A stretch of DNA of 64,000 bases from NCBI RefSeq assembly GCF_009914755.1, contig NC_060939.1; one strand, 5' to 3'. A program made the translations under genes and the position numbers. This document shows, in pieces, positions 15,152 to 29,393 of this stretch; position 1 is the stretch's first letter; every line of letters starts with the position of its first letter. This DNA comes from the human T2T-CHM13v2.0 reference genome, Homo sapiens. The notes under the pieces are model-generated. The model did not search any database, had not been told where the DNA came from, and was given only the letters and a program-made list of their open reading frames with translations.

Positions 15152-15463
15152 ATTTCTTTTTCTTTTTTCTTTTGAGACAGAGTCTTGCTCTGCTGTCCAG
15201 GCTAGAGTGCACTGGTGAGAACTTGGCTCACTGAAGCCTCGACCTCCTGGGTTCAAGCAATCCTCCTGCCTCAGCCTCCCGAGTAGCTGGGATTACAGGT
15301 ACACACCATCATGCCTGGACAATTTTTTGATATTTTACAGAGACAGAGTCTCACTATGTTGCCCAGGCTGGTCTCGAACTCCTGAGCTCAAGCAATTCTC
15401 CTGCCTCAGCCTCCTAAATCTCACACCTGCTGGGATTACAGGCGTGAGCCACCATGCCCAGCC
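15152..15463 (-). mobile_element. AluJ
   Basis: Antisense dimer with J diagnostics (agcctcgacctcctgg, ctcctgagctcaagcaat). Confidence 0.93.
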
Positions 15464-15685
15464 ATAAAATATATTTCATTTCTCATTATGCATAAGAATT
15501 TCTCTTATTAAAGAAACTGATAAGTAAATGGTATGTCTCATAGGAGGAATTATTGGCTAGAATTTTGATTCTTAAGGTTCTACTGTTCTAACGTATCGAC
15601 TTTTAACTAGTTACAAGATCTGCATCCTTGGGTGAATGCCAACCTCTGAGATGCTCAGCATTCTCATCTAGAAAATAAAGTGTCT

Positions 15686-16059
<374 letters not shown>

Positions 16060-16449
16060 TTAGAAAATTAAAGAAATGTTCCATATCAAAAATCATTCAT
16101 AGATGATTTTAAAGAAATTATTTTCAACCAGGTTTGGGGGGCAGAGTACAGCATATTTATTCCTAGAGTGGCTATTTCCAACCACACCCCACACAGAAAG
16201 ATTGATTCATTAATTCCTTTCCTATCTCACTGAAATACTTGCACGGAGAGAAGTTATGATTGGTGTTACATGTAAGTGGCAGAGACAGGAAAAAACAAAG
16301 TAAGGTTAAAAACCGTAATGAAAAACAAAGGAATGGGGGAAAAAAGGACCTATTTAAAAAAATAACATGTAACAGTGTATTGCTTCTCACATATGTCAAT
16401 TGTAAAGTATTCCTTCACATGCCTCAAGTATTTCAGAAGGTAAGAATTA

Positions 16450-16860
16450 CCAGATCCACAGCCCATCTTGTTCAATATTCTCTCTTGATTTCCCTTTCCC
16501 AAACCTGTTCCTCATCCAGCTTCCCCAATTTCAGCATATTGCATCTCCAGCCACAGTTACTCAAGCCAGAGTTCTCAGGGTCATTCTCAACACTTCTCTC
16601 CCCATCATACCTAGATACCTAATTCATCAGCAAACTATCATTTATACCTCTGTATATTCCTGTAATCTGTCCCTTTCTTTCCATCTATTATTACCTTAGT
16701 CTAAGGAATCATCATATTTTCCCTGGATCATCATCATAACCTCCTGCTAATTCCTAAATTTTTTAACATGCCACATCAGACTCAAATCCTTTAAAAACAT
16801 AACAAATCACTAAATTTCCCTGCATAATATCTGTCTATCTGTCTATAATTCCCCCCTTAT
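16450..16860. mobile_element. L2 fragment
   Basis: ccaaacctgttcctcatcc...ccagccacagttactcaagccaga...aattcatcagcaaact resembles the L2 3' region. Confidence 0.55.
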
Positions 16861-16899
16861 CTTCTGCATAGCATACAATTATGATCAAGATCATTTTCA

Positions 16900-17157
<258 letters not shown>

Positions 17158-17655
17158 CTAACATGGGATAACTGAAGAGAACAACTCCTAACAGTTAGAT
17201 GCCTATATGAGAAGGAAAAAGAGCACTAAAATTTATTGTGTAAAATGGATGGCAGGACTAAATTATCTCTACAGTCCCTTCCAGCAGTAAAATTAAATTA
17301 AATTCCATAATAATTATGACAACTCTTGACATCTACTAAGCATCTGCCCTCTCTGTGCCAGGCACTGTGCTAGGTGCTTTGCATGGGTTAATCAGAATAT
17401 GTCCCTAAGACTGTTTCTATGAGATACCTGTCTATTTAAACAGCCCTAACAGACAAGAGATCCAAGAGGAAGATAGATCCTTTCTTTAAAATTTATCTGA
17501 TATAAAGCAAAATGGAAATGGAAGGTCTAAAATCTCTGTGGGGTCTGCCTTGTTCACTGAGACAGGCAGTGGCTGGCTTTTGTATGAAGTGCTTCCCTAA
17601 AGATCAGATGCCAGAGCTGCTGAGAAGGGTATCAGAAAGTAAAACACCAGAACCC

Positions 17656-18044
<389 letters not shown>

Positions 18045-21000
18045 TCAGGGCTCATCAAGAAAGCAGGAATGATCTCGCTACAGAGAGTATTAGTGGGGCA
18101 TTCACAAACTTAGAAATCTAAAAGACTCCAGTCATTAGGATCTAAAAGGATGTGATGTGGGTGTGCCTAACGTGACATCTTGTGACCACACGTTCAAATG
18201 TCAGTGTCCCCACTAGCCTACAGGGTTCTTAGGGTCTAAGTCCTTACTTAAAAAAAAAAAAAAGTCTACCGCCAGGACATAGCATAGTTCTAGAACCTGG
18301 AATATAGGAAGCATTTCACAAATACTTAATGAGGAATATTAGTACCCAATCTCCCCCCGAACATATCTGTTCCACTTACTAGGGTATGGTTGTAAAATCA
18401 GAGCTTTCTAAAGTGTGGTCTGGAGACCTCTAGTGGTTGTCTGCAGTTCAGTATAAGGTCAAAATCTTAAGGATGACAAATTAGGAAAGAGCCAAATAAT
18501 AGGTCACAGGTTAAGGCCTGAGATGAGTGAAAAAAGTGGGTGCTATGGTAGAGGAATAAACTAAAGAAGTTTAAAAATGAAAGATTCATTTAAAGTGTCT
18601 AAATTAGAAGATAAAAATGCAATCTTTTTTTCTCCAACAAACTGATGCCAAAAGAAAAAAAATGCAATAGTTTTACCCGAATGTAATACATATGAAGACA
18701 GCAACTGTTTCCTAATAATCAACTGTATTGCAAAGTACAACCACTCTAGTTCATATCCCCCCTCATACCACTACTTAGTTTTTAAAAAAAATTTAATAGA
18801 ACATAAATGACTAGTATTTTAAAACACATTGCTATTTGAGAGGCCATAATACAATTTTGGAAAGAAAAATAAATCACCCTTTATAAATTCAAGACATAGA
18901 AACAAGAAGAACACATTCCTTATATATTAAAGACAGTCAACTCTCCAGGTTATCTAAGATCTCCAAGAAACTGCAGATTTCATTTTTGTAGAATGTTAGT
19001 CATGCTGGAGAGACGCCACTCTTTCAACATTATACTGGGAGTCTCACGCTTAAGTGGAATGATGGTTATTCTCAGTAGGCAATCTTACTGGACTTTAAAA
19101 CCACCTAGGCTGGGTTCATACCACAGTTCAACATCTTAATAACAGGGTAAACTTGAACAAGTTACTTAACCTTGGTGTACCTCAGTTTCCTTCTTTATAG
19201 AAGATGAATGATAACAGTCTGCCTCAGAGCTGTTAAAAATTATGCATTATAAATCCAAAGAACCAAGTGCACTGGTCTTGTACCAAGTAAGGAGTCAATA
19301 AATGTTTATTATTACAATTAATGTGCTAAAAATGGCATGGCATGACTCACGTAAGTCAACAAAGGTTTGATTTCTTCAACAAGAATTTAAAAGCATATTT
19401 ATTTTAGAAACAGCTTCCATAAGTCCACAATACTCTCTTAAAATGCAACTTTTTCTCTTCATTTATTAACTGAAAAATAATCACACTCAATTGAGATTAT
19501 ACATATTGAAATGCCCTAAAAGGAAGCCGTTGCCATGGAAGAAATCATTAACCACAAATCCTACTCATCTAAAAACTGGAGAGCATAAAGGAGAGACTTT
19601 TTTTCTTTATAAAAGTATTTATAATTTTGTAAACAGCTATGAGCATAACTCTAGGTATGGACCAAATGTTCTAGCAAAAAAGGACCTTGTAAAAGAAAAA
19701 ATCATTTATCTTATACATAAATTCATTTGAAAGTCTGTGATGCTTCTGAAGTTGTTTAGCCAACTTTACAGTGGGCAATGGGAGAGTTCAGTTTAAATAT
19801 GAGAATACATAGAGTTGTAAAAAGGGAGATGAGAGTTGAGACATCTGAACAAAAGAAAAATGTGCTTTATTATATGTATCAAAGAAAACATAAAAGTCCA
19901 TATCCCTAAGACTTTCCTCCTCCTCCTCATATTTAGGGTGGAAAAACAAGCCATCCACCCAACTAGCTACTCAACCTATTAGATCTCTGAACAATACAGT
20001 TCATGTAGACAACTCCTTGCTTCAAAGCAGAAAGTTCATCCTGTAGAAAGTAAAAATAAATACAGCTTTTTATTAAAAAAAAGAACAACATCAGGAATAC
20101 CAAGAGCAAAGTCTTGGAGAAAATTACTTTCCACAATGGCTGAAGTATAATTTGGAACTGTACAGGCCAGTACTTAAGTCAATGTTTTTCCATTAATTCA
20201 GTTTATAGCTAAAGTACTGAGAGATAATGATATGAAATATTTGCACCCAAAATACACTCATAATCTATTATTCCAGTTCCCTCTATAACCACTTTTTCAC
20301 CCACCCTACAAAGTTCTCCAGCAGAACCTGCATATTTGCGAAGTGTTCTCCTATGTTGACATTGTATTATAAATGACTGAGAAAAATTTCAGAGACAACT
20401 TGGAAAGAGAATGGAAGCATTTTTGCTCACCTTTTCCCATTCAGCTTATCTGTATTAAATGGTGATAATCAGTAACTATTTACTAAGCTTTCAAAAAGTG
20501 ATTGGCACATATAGTCCTTATTCAGCAAGATTTAAAGGACAAGGTATAATTTGAGAACATAAAGTGTAACACAAAGCTCCCAAATGTTCATGCCATAACA
20601 TGACGTATGACAAGAGATACTCAAGAGTGAGCACCTTGGGAGAGAAGTATTCTATTGCCCTCCATAAAAAATGGGAGCACGGTCCTCAGCAGTGGCTTTG
20701 AGCTTAGATGGAAACAGAAAATTATAATTTCCATCTACACCCCTTTAATGGCTCCCCATATTCACCACCCCCATTGTCTTTCATCCAGCCAATTTGAAAG
20801 ATGAGATGAGACAAGAGTAAGAAGAGACAGAGAACCTGAATGAGAATGAATTTCGACAGGTGAGGGTGTGGCACACAAGTTATTTTCAGGACCTCATGCT
20901 ATTGCATTCTTGGAAAAGTTAAGTGGACAGCCAAATGTTATGCTTTACCAGAAAGGAGCTAGGAGTTCAAACTTCATAGAAAAATTAAAATCCATTGGGA

Positions 21001-22244
21001 AGAAACCTTGACATTAATGAAAAACATATATAATATTATAGTCATCGATCCTCATAAACACAATGGCCCCATTTGATAGATTTTTACTTCTCTCATTTTG
21101 GATCTCCACTGAACTCTAAGTCACATTCAATCATTGAAATGGCTTAATAATCAGTGGCTTAAAACTTGGGGTATTTATTATAGAAGTGACCAGTATATAA
21201 TGACCAATCATTACCATATGAAATTACAATCCTTTTCAGTATCACGCAATGTTAAGTGGGAAAAGTTCAAGAAAATATTCTAAAGATATGTTCTCTTGCA
21301 TAAATATTCCTATTACAAATGTGTGTCAAAGACCACTATAAAACTAAAATTCACTTCTTTCTCATACATGTTCATCTGTCAGTGTTTAAAATTCTATTGG
21401 CTAACAATTAAAGTGTATACTTTGTCTGGATTCTCACTCAGAAAAAACCTACATAAAGACATAGTTTCTGAGACACAAGGAATTTAAAATGAACTGGATA
21501 TTATATGACTCCAGAGGATTATAGCCAATGTGTTAGGTGTGATAATGGCACAGGGTCATGTGAAAAAGTGTCCATACTTTAAAAATATACATACTAAAGT
21601 ACAAATAGGTGAAATGAGATTTGCTTTAAAATATTTTAGCAAAGAATTGAATCTGACAATTGTTGAATCTTGGTAATGAGTTTCTGGAGGTTCATGTATT
21701 ATTTTTGTATTATTTTTCAGAGTTTTGTGTAAGTTTGAAATGTTCCATAATAATTTTTTAAAATTTAAAAACATTATATTGTCTAGATACACTCATAAAG
21801 AACTCAGGCAGGGAAAAAACGTTTAAATTTAAAATTTAAATTTTAAACTGAAGTGCAGTTTTAAAAATTTGAATTTTAAATTTAAAAACTGAAGTGCAAA
21901 AATTATGAAATTGACATTTAAAAATCTATTCTTTTATACAGCTAATATGGATTTCATCTAACTTAAGGAAAAGCTTTAATGAAGACCCTGTTAAAAGTTT
22001 GTATCAAATGAGGACTTATAATGCTTTACTCCAAAGCAACAAAACGCATATGCCCAAAAGATGTATAAAAACAGGCATACATTTAGAAAAAAAAAAAAAG
22101 GCAGCCTTTTCTCTGCAACAAATATTTAAAACTCACAGTATACTCTTTCTATCTCAAAGACTTTTAAAAATTATTTTCCATCTTTAGGGAAAACCATATG
22201 AGAAAATAACTCAGCAACATGTCTGTGAATAATGCCTAGCAAAG

Positions 22245-22247
<3 letters not shown>

Positions 22248-22281
<34 letters not shown>
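22248..22281 (+). repeat. Pure A34 tract with no attached retroelement body
   Basis: aaagctt-(A)n-gctt. Confidence 0.9.
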
Positions 22282-22284
<3 letters not shown>

Positions 22285-22649
22285 TCTAGCCAAAAAGACT
22301 AACAGGAAAAAATGAACATTTTCAAAAGCATTTTGGAACCTTATTCCAGCTACCTCCATGCTAAGCCCTCTTTTTCCTCCCAAAATACGTCACTTAACTG
22401 TCTGTCAAATAACTCTTGCCCATTCTACCTGATCACACTCTGAAGCTGCAGCTTTTCCTGGATTCTCTTCTCAATGACAAGCTGTTCAAACAGAGAACAC
22501 CTATCAAAACGAATATCATCATCTGCTCCTTTCTTTCTTCCTTTCAGGATATACTGCTGTCCAGCAGGGGAAGTAATTAATGAGTTTTTTATGTATGGCA
22601 GCGTCATCCCATCAGTTTGCTGTCTGGTTTGAATAGCTCCTATCAGCTC

Positions 22650-23306
22650 TTCATTCATGCCAAGTACGCTCACCGTCCAGAGACATGATAAAGCCGTACT
22701 TCCTTCTGGATTTTTACCTCACTATTCAAAAAACAGTGTACCAGAAGCATGGGTTACAAAAGCATGAGGAGGACAGAAGAAATGCCTTCATCTTCTACAG
22801 AAAGGAAGCTGATGGACTGAAAAGTTCGTATGGAGAAAGGAAAGCAAGAGTGCAAGAACATCCATGCTTCTAGTCCAGATAATGTTTTTTAAAGCAGCTT
22901 GATTTGGAAGCGTGTGTAATTCTGAAATACGAACAAGCAGAACTTTTCCAGGGGGTCAAATGCATATAGGAACAACCAGGATTTCTCATTGCTGAAGCAT
23001 TCAATGAATCTTTAATAAGTTCTTAACACTCAGATTGTTTGTGATCAGATCAACTGCTGTTACCAGATAAAGGCAAAACTCACCCTTCTGGTTCTATAAT
23101 CCTATCCAAATGGAGTCTTCATCTACCGCATACTATCCTAACTAATGCTACAGGATTATCAGGAATACAGATATAAAGACACTGCAAGAAATAAAACACT
23201 GGCAAAATAAAACATGAAAGGAAAGTAGAGAAGGCATTTTGGGTCTCGAAGCTTACTATTTCCAGCCAGAGTTCAAATTACTGAGCTTCAAACAAACCAC
23301 TGCCAG
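22650..23306 (+). other. CHRM5: Probable non-coding first exon (5' UTR) of CHRM5, nested antisense in AVEN intron 2; start approximate
   Basis: About 1 kb of unique, repeat-free sequence ending in a strong donor ACTGCCAG|GTAAGA at 23306/23307. The assignment relies on recalled knowledge that CHRM5 initiates roughly 34 kb from AVEN exon 2 on the opposite strand. No CHRM5 coding sequence is in the window. Confidence 0.55.
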
Positions 23307-26300
23307 GTAAGATTTAATTTTATAACCTTAATTTATATCTTGTCTACTGAAATTAAATCTGCTCGTGCTGTGAATGAGATAGTGGATTTGAATTTCTTGC
23401 AACCCTTCCTTAAGCTTTTGCAGATTTAAGCTGAGGTAAACGCTTGTTTTTACTTATGCTGCATAAACAAGTCACTCAGAACTAGATAATAAAGCATCCA
23501 AAACTCCCATTCATTTTTCATTGAATTTGTCTCATCTTTGTCTTTATTTTTATCCCAATTTTGTTTTATTTAATAGCTTGAAAAAAATGCATGAAGAGAG
23601 CCCTGAATGGTGCATAAGAGCCATTCACAGATAATGTTTACCAACAATATTCAAATGAACTTAGTTTCCCAGAGTACTTGATAAAACAAAGAAAAATTAA
23701 TAAGCATTTTAAATATTTTTATTCATATAAAGGAACAAAAGCTCAATGACTGATTTCTATTGTTACTAAGAAAAAAAAGCTGTGATGTCATTTCATTCAT
23801 ACTAAAGAAAAATAATCTCTACTAAATCGAGGTATAACACTCTTGTAGGATAGGGCTAATTTATCCTAAAGATACTAGACATTTTTATAACAGACTAAAT
23901 GAAGACATTTTTCTGATTCAACAAGAGGATAAAAAGATGAAAGATGTCTGGTACCTTAAAACCTCAAAAGCTTTGACTCAGGTCAGTGGTCCAAACTGTA
24001 AAATGCAAAGCACTAGTGAAGCCATCAAAGGATTTTAAAAGATACAGTGCCTTTAAGAAATTCCCTAGAAATCACTGCATAATGAGACTTCTAGAGTGAC
24101 AATCTTATGTAAAAACAACAAAACGTTATCATTTAGCAGAAATCCCAACCACATTGGTTTTCATGAGTTTCATTGGAAAACTTAGGTCCAAAGCACCTTA
24201 TCATAAAGAAGTCCTACAACAAATAATATTTATATTATCTTAGAAGAGAGGAGACAGGGAAACAAGAGCATATCACACCTAACTACGGAGATCTTGTGGT
24301 AATATACATAAAGTTATCAGAAGTAAGTATTCAATACTTGTCTAAAAGTAGTCAAATTAGAAATTCTCTTCCATTTCACTGAGTTCTTTCCTTTTTTCAA
24401 ATTTTAGTTAAGGGAGTAAATTATATGATCCCTTCAGGCTTTTCAAGACAGTCTATAAATAACCTTAAATATCATAAGTCTTTTACATCTGAAGTCATTA
24501 CAGAAACTTACCTGTCATTTTCCAGTACCAAAGGAAAGCAGCAATTTAATACAAGTAGTGATTATCTAATACAACAATTTGTTTCAGAGAAAAAAATGTT
24601 TATTTAGAAATCTCAAAATACTTCTTATGCATACCAGACATAACTAAAAGTTAAGGGTGGTATTGTTGTTGTTTACCTACACTGAGAAACAGCTGAACCC
24701 TTAAGGGTTCTTTTCATCTGTTCCCTCCTTATTATGGTATTACAGTTTGTAAACAGACATGATTCAAAAATATGTAGATATTTTAAATGAAGAATATTAA
24801 TCAATATTTTAAATTATAATTAAAGATTTTTTAATTAACTTGGACAAAAGTATGAAATTTCTACTATGCTCAATTTGCTTCCAATAAATGGAATTAAAGG
24901 GGGCAGATAACAATATTCCTTAAGTGTTCTGGATTTTATTTACTCATTGTAATGTAAACAGAGACTCATATCCCACTAATTTGGGGGCTTTGTTTCTATA
25001 ACTCACCTTCTAATGACAATGGCTGGGCAAATGAATACTACCTTGCTCCACCCCAATTTGGTCCTTGTCAGCATCAATCCCAGTGAATTTTCACTTTCTT
25101 TCCTTTCCAAATCAAGGCTTTGCTCTATAATAACCCATTCAGAAAAGTGATTACTGAAGTTTTGGTAACAGCTTTCAAAAAAATACCCTACAGCAATTTG
25201 GAATAATCTGTATTTTCTTCATGTAGGGTGAAAAAAAAATTGAAAACTGCTTCAAGTTTACATCTCATGGGTACAAATGGATGAGGGATTTTATGCTAGT
25301 ACCTGAAGATTTGGTTTATTTATAACAACTTTTCCCTGTTATTGATAGATTTAACAATTAAAGAGATTCTGAACAGTCTTGGGATGTAGTCAATGACCTG
25401 CCTACTTGTTTCTGCAATTTAGAATGTATTTCATTCACACATATTATATAAAAGTATTATATTGTAAAAGTAATGTGATTGTGTATCATTAGTTCCTTTC
25501 ATAGAAATGGAGCAAATATTTTGGCTGCCATATCCTTATAATAATACCTATTGCTATATCCTTAAATTCTGGTCATTTTAAATTATCCAAAAGCTATAAG
25601 CTTTTTATTTAAACTATGATAAAATAAAAATGGCATCTAGGTCAAAATGAACACATCCATTTCGTGTATGTTGACATAACAATCTTAAAAAGTAATTTTT
25701 GTCTGAAATACCAAGCAACATAATTTTGTATATAAAATTAGAAACATACCTAAAATTCATTTTTCTGTGTTAGCATTCAACTTAAAGGGACATTGCATAA
25801 TATTTTTAAATGCATTAAATATATATTTACTTATATCTTCATTATTATAACTTTAAGTTTTCATAAGGAATTTTTTTCATTCCATTATAATGGCACCGTG
25901 TTTCAAGCTTAATTCAACTGGGCATTTCAACTAGCCAATATATTTGTTCCTTATTATGGTTAATTTTCCTTACGAAGTGACCAAATTTGAATAAGGATGT
26001 AGTTCACCATGAAGATCATCTCCTCTCCAGCTTCTTCCTGCTGAGAGAGAACAATCTTTGGTTTGTGACATCACAATCTGTGACTGGGAAGTGGCTCTGA
26101 TATCAAACAGATGATTATATGCTTTCAGTGTGAACTAGCTAAAAGAGAGATGTAAGCACTATTATTTCAAGTCATATCACCAAGACACTAAAGAGATGCA
26201 TGACAGGAACTGAATTAGAGAAAGATGCTTTTATTGCATTTGTCACTTTTTCAGCATCAACTATTAAAGATAAAAGTACCATCTCACAGTTTTCTCATTA

Positions 26301-26657
26301 ATAATTCAAAAGCGGGAGTAAACATCATGTTGGTTAAATTCACAGACCATGATAAAACGGGAGTAAGGAAAATACCAGTAAGCAAGCAGACAGTCATGAA
26401 AGAGGCCCCTAGAGAACTGAGAAATAGATGCAAAATTTCACCTTGGTTCAAGCAGAAATACTGATGCTACTCAGAAAATTGAAAAATTACCAAAACACCC
26501 AAAATGAGAAAGACGGTGTCTCTGAATGAGAAAGAGATCCCTAAATATAGATTATAAAGTGATCCCATGACATAGATTAATTAGTATCTGACACATGGAC
26601 TAGTATGAGGGCAGGGAGGGGGCTGGTTAACACCTTTCTAAAACAGCATGGATTTGT

Positions 26658-26719
26658 TAAAAAACAAAAACAAAAACAACAACAGAAAACAAAAACAAAA
26701 ACAAAAACAAAAAAACAAA
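26658..26719. repeat. (CAAAAA)n low-complexity repeat
   Basis: aaaaacaaaaacaaaaacaac...aaaaacaaaaacaaaaacaaaaaaac. Confidence 0.85.
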
Positions 26720-27730
26720 GGACTGTCTTGAATTAGCAAAACTTCTGTGTTCTCTGAAAGTCTTCAACAAATATTTGTAAAAAATAAATAAAAATAAATC
26801 AGGAGTTAGGGTTCAATTAAGGAAACAAAAATGAAAGCTCCTTTTACAAACACATAGGCATATACAGACCTCTTTTTGTAATCTTTGTTTGCAACAGTAG
26901 CCAAAGGACAAAGCAGACCAACTAATCCTTCCACACTGAACACATGTGCAGTCTGTCCTTTGATTAGTGGCAATACCCTGATTCAGAGTATCAGTCATTT
27001 GTGACTGACCCTCCTAGACTCAGAGCCTATACAAAGATGATGTGTAAAAAATACAGTTAACAACTCCACGCATAATTACAAGTCAAGCTGAAGTCTCATT
27101 ATCTACAGTTACACAGATTGCTTGATCCAGTGGTGTGTAGAGAATTCTTAAAGCATTTATTCAGTCCTATGTACTGGTTCATTACAACCAATGGGTTATT
27201 CAGCAGTTGTTTAAAGATCTGACATTCTCCATTTTTTGTATTGAAATTATTAGTGAAATAACTCAAGAATCTGGACCAATCAGAAAACATTACCACTTTT
27301 ATAGACATTGTTTGACGTCACACTGTTGTCATCATCAGACTACGTGGGCCTTCTTATTTCCTGATTATCACTATAGAAATGTAGCACTGAATAATGTGTT
27401 CTTTAAGAAGCAAAAGCCAGAGATGATTTCCAGTTCAGTTATCAACTAAAAATCCTTAGCTATTTATAGAATTTTTTGGTACAGTAACCTAGAAAGCTGT
27501 TGGTGTAAATCTATCAGGCTCAGTATATAACATAGTACAACTCTTAATATTTCATCAACTGTATACCTTCCCTTCATTTGTGTTGCAAAGACAGTCCTCT
27601 ACATGCAGTAACTTCTGGGTAACTTCTGGTAATACCTACAGAAGAGCTTCTCATGCCTAGGAACTTCCCCAACACTTTGAGGATACTTCTTTCATAACAC
27701 CTTGTTAGATTCCATTGAAAACCTATTTAT

Positions 27731-27870
27731 GGCCAAGCGCAACCTGTAATCCCAGCACTCTGGGAGGCCAAAGCTGGAGGATCGCTTGAGTCCAGGAGTT
27801 CGAGACCCACCTAGGCAACACAGCAAGACTCCATCTCTATAAAAAAATCTAAAAGTTAAAAAAATAAGAA
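27731..27870 (+). mobile_element. FLAM-type Alu monomer
   Basis: ggccaagcgc...ggaggatcgcttgagtccaggagttcgagacc...ctctataaaa; TSD-like gaaaaYctatttat. Confidence 0.85.
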
Positions 27871-28851
27871 AATCTATTTATATAGTTGTCTGACATACGA
27901 AATTGCATTTTTCATGGTTGAGGGCCTTAAGAGTAAAGACCACATCTAATTTATCTGTCTATTCCCAAGGTAAGCTCAGGACTAGTTAATCAGCAGATGT
28001 GTTAAATGAATGTGAAAATGTATCTTAATGCATTCTCAGGTACAATCTCAGACAGCCAGAAGAATAGTGATCCTAAAATATACCTCAGCTGCATTTCACT
28101 GATAATAGGCAAGTAGGTAACTGCAGAAAAGTCTAATGAAGGAGTCTTTTAAAGTAGTTTATACTGAAATAATAGCTATAAGGAGATAATATCTGTTAGG
28201 GATAGTATATGATATTATGAGGTATGCAAATACAGGATAGCAAATTTATCCCTTATGCTTTTGCTCTATTTGACATATGGAAATCACGTTTGCTATACTA
28301 CTAGATCTAGAATTTCATCGATAATCCAAAAGGATCTAAATTGGTCTTGCTATTAAAAAGTGACTTCAGGGGAATTTGAATAAGTACTTTGCAAATGAAA
28401 TTGAAGAGATACTACAGTCATCTTTCTATTCAAAGATGAGTGGAGAAAGTGACACACTTAAAATCTTACATTTATTCTGTTGGATGCTCTACCTGCCCCC
28501 TCTCCCTCTTTCACTCTCTGTGAGGAATGAATCTTTGCAAGTTACCTATGTTATATCTCCCCAAGTCATCTCTTCTCCTTATGCCAACATACAATATACC
28601 AACAATGGTGATTTCTTTAAAAGCAGGGACAAAGGCTAAAAGACTATGCTGTGCCTCAACCCCTATGATAGAAATTAAAGTAGCAGAGTGTTGAAGTAGG
28701 CCAGCATCACTCTAGAATTCATCAACATGTGTGTTGGGGTGGGGGCAGCTATAGTCTGAAGATGCTCAGGGTACATGAATAATGCATGTGTACGTCCTCA
28801 CAGAAATCTGTGATTTGATGTTGGCGTGCACAACTTAAGATTTTGAGCTTT

Positions 28852-29152
28852 GGGCCGGGCACAGTGGCTCACGCCTGTAATCCCAGCACTTTGGGAGGCC
28901 GAGGCAGGTGGATCACCTGAGGTCAGGGGTTTGAGACCAGCCTGGCCAACATGTTGAAACCCCGTTTCTAATAAAAATACAAAAATTAGCCGGGTGTGGT
29001 GGTGCATGCCTGTAATCCCGGCTACTTGGAGGCTGGGGCCGGAGAATCGCTTGAACCCAGGAGGTGGAGCTTGCAGTGAGCCAAGATTGCACCATTACGC
29101 TCCAGCCTGAGCAACAAGGGCGAAACTCTGTCCTGAAGGAAAAAAAGAAAAA
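28852..29152 (+). mobile_element. AluS (Sp/Sq-like)
   Basis: Full dimer with gcaacaagggcgaaact; TSD agattttgagYttt. Confidence 0.95.
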
Positions 29153-29379
29153 CAGATTTTGAGTTTTGACATCCTATCATGTTTTTAGCCATGTTCCTTC
29201 TTTCAAACACCATCTTAGATAAAATATCAAGATATAAGACATATAAGAGCAGATCTGCCCTGGTTGGGTTGAGACAGAAAGCTTAGAGCCCGCAGGTCCC
29301 CTTCTCACCCCATCTCTTCTACACTCTCTCCTCCACACGCTTCTTGGACACCTTCTAAGATATATTTGTTGTAATTGTT

Positions 29380-29393
29380 CTGCCATCTAGAGG
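29380..29393 (-). promoter_or_regulatory. Candidate CTCF core motif
   Basis: Minus strand CCTCTAGATGGCAG matches CCASYAGRKGGCRS at 13 of 14 positions. Confidence 0.4.

Noticed and set aside
16431-16446. + strand TTTCAG-AAG-GTAAGA (micro-exon or recursive-site look)
   Set aside because: It lies upstream of the presumed + strand transcription start and the pyrimidine tract is very short.
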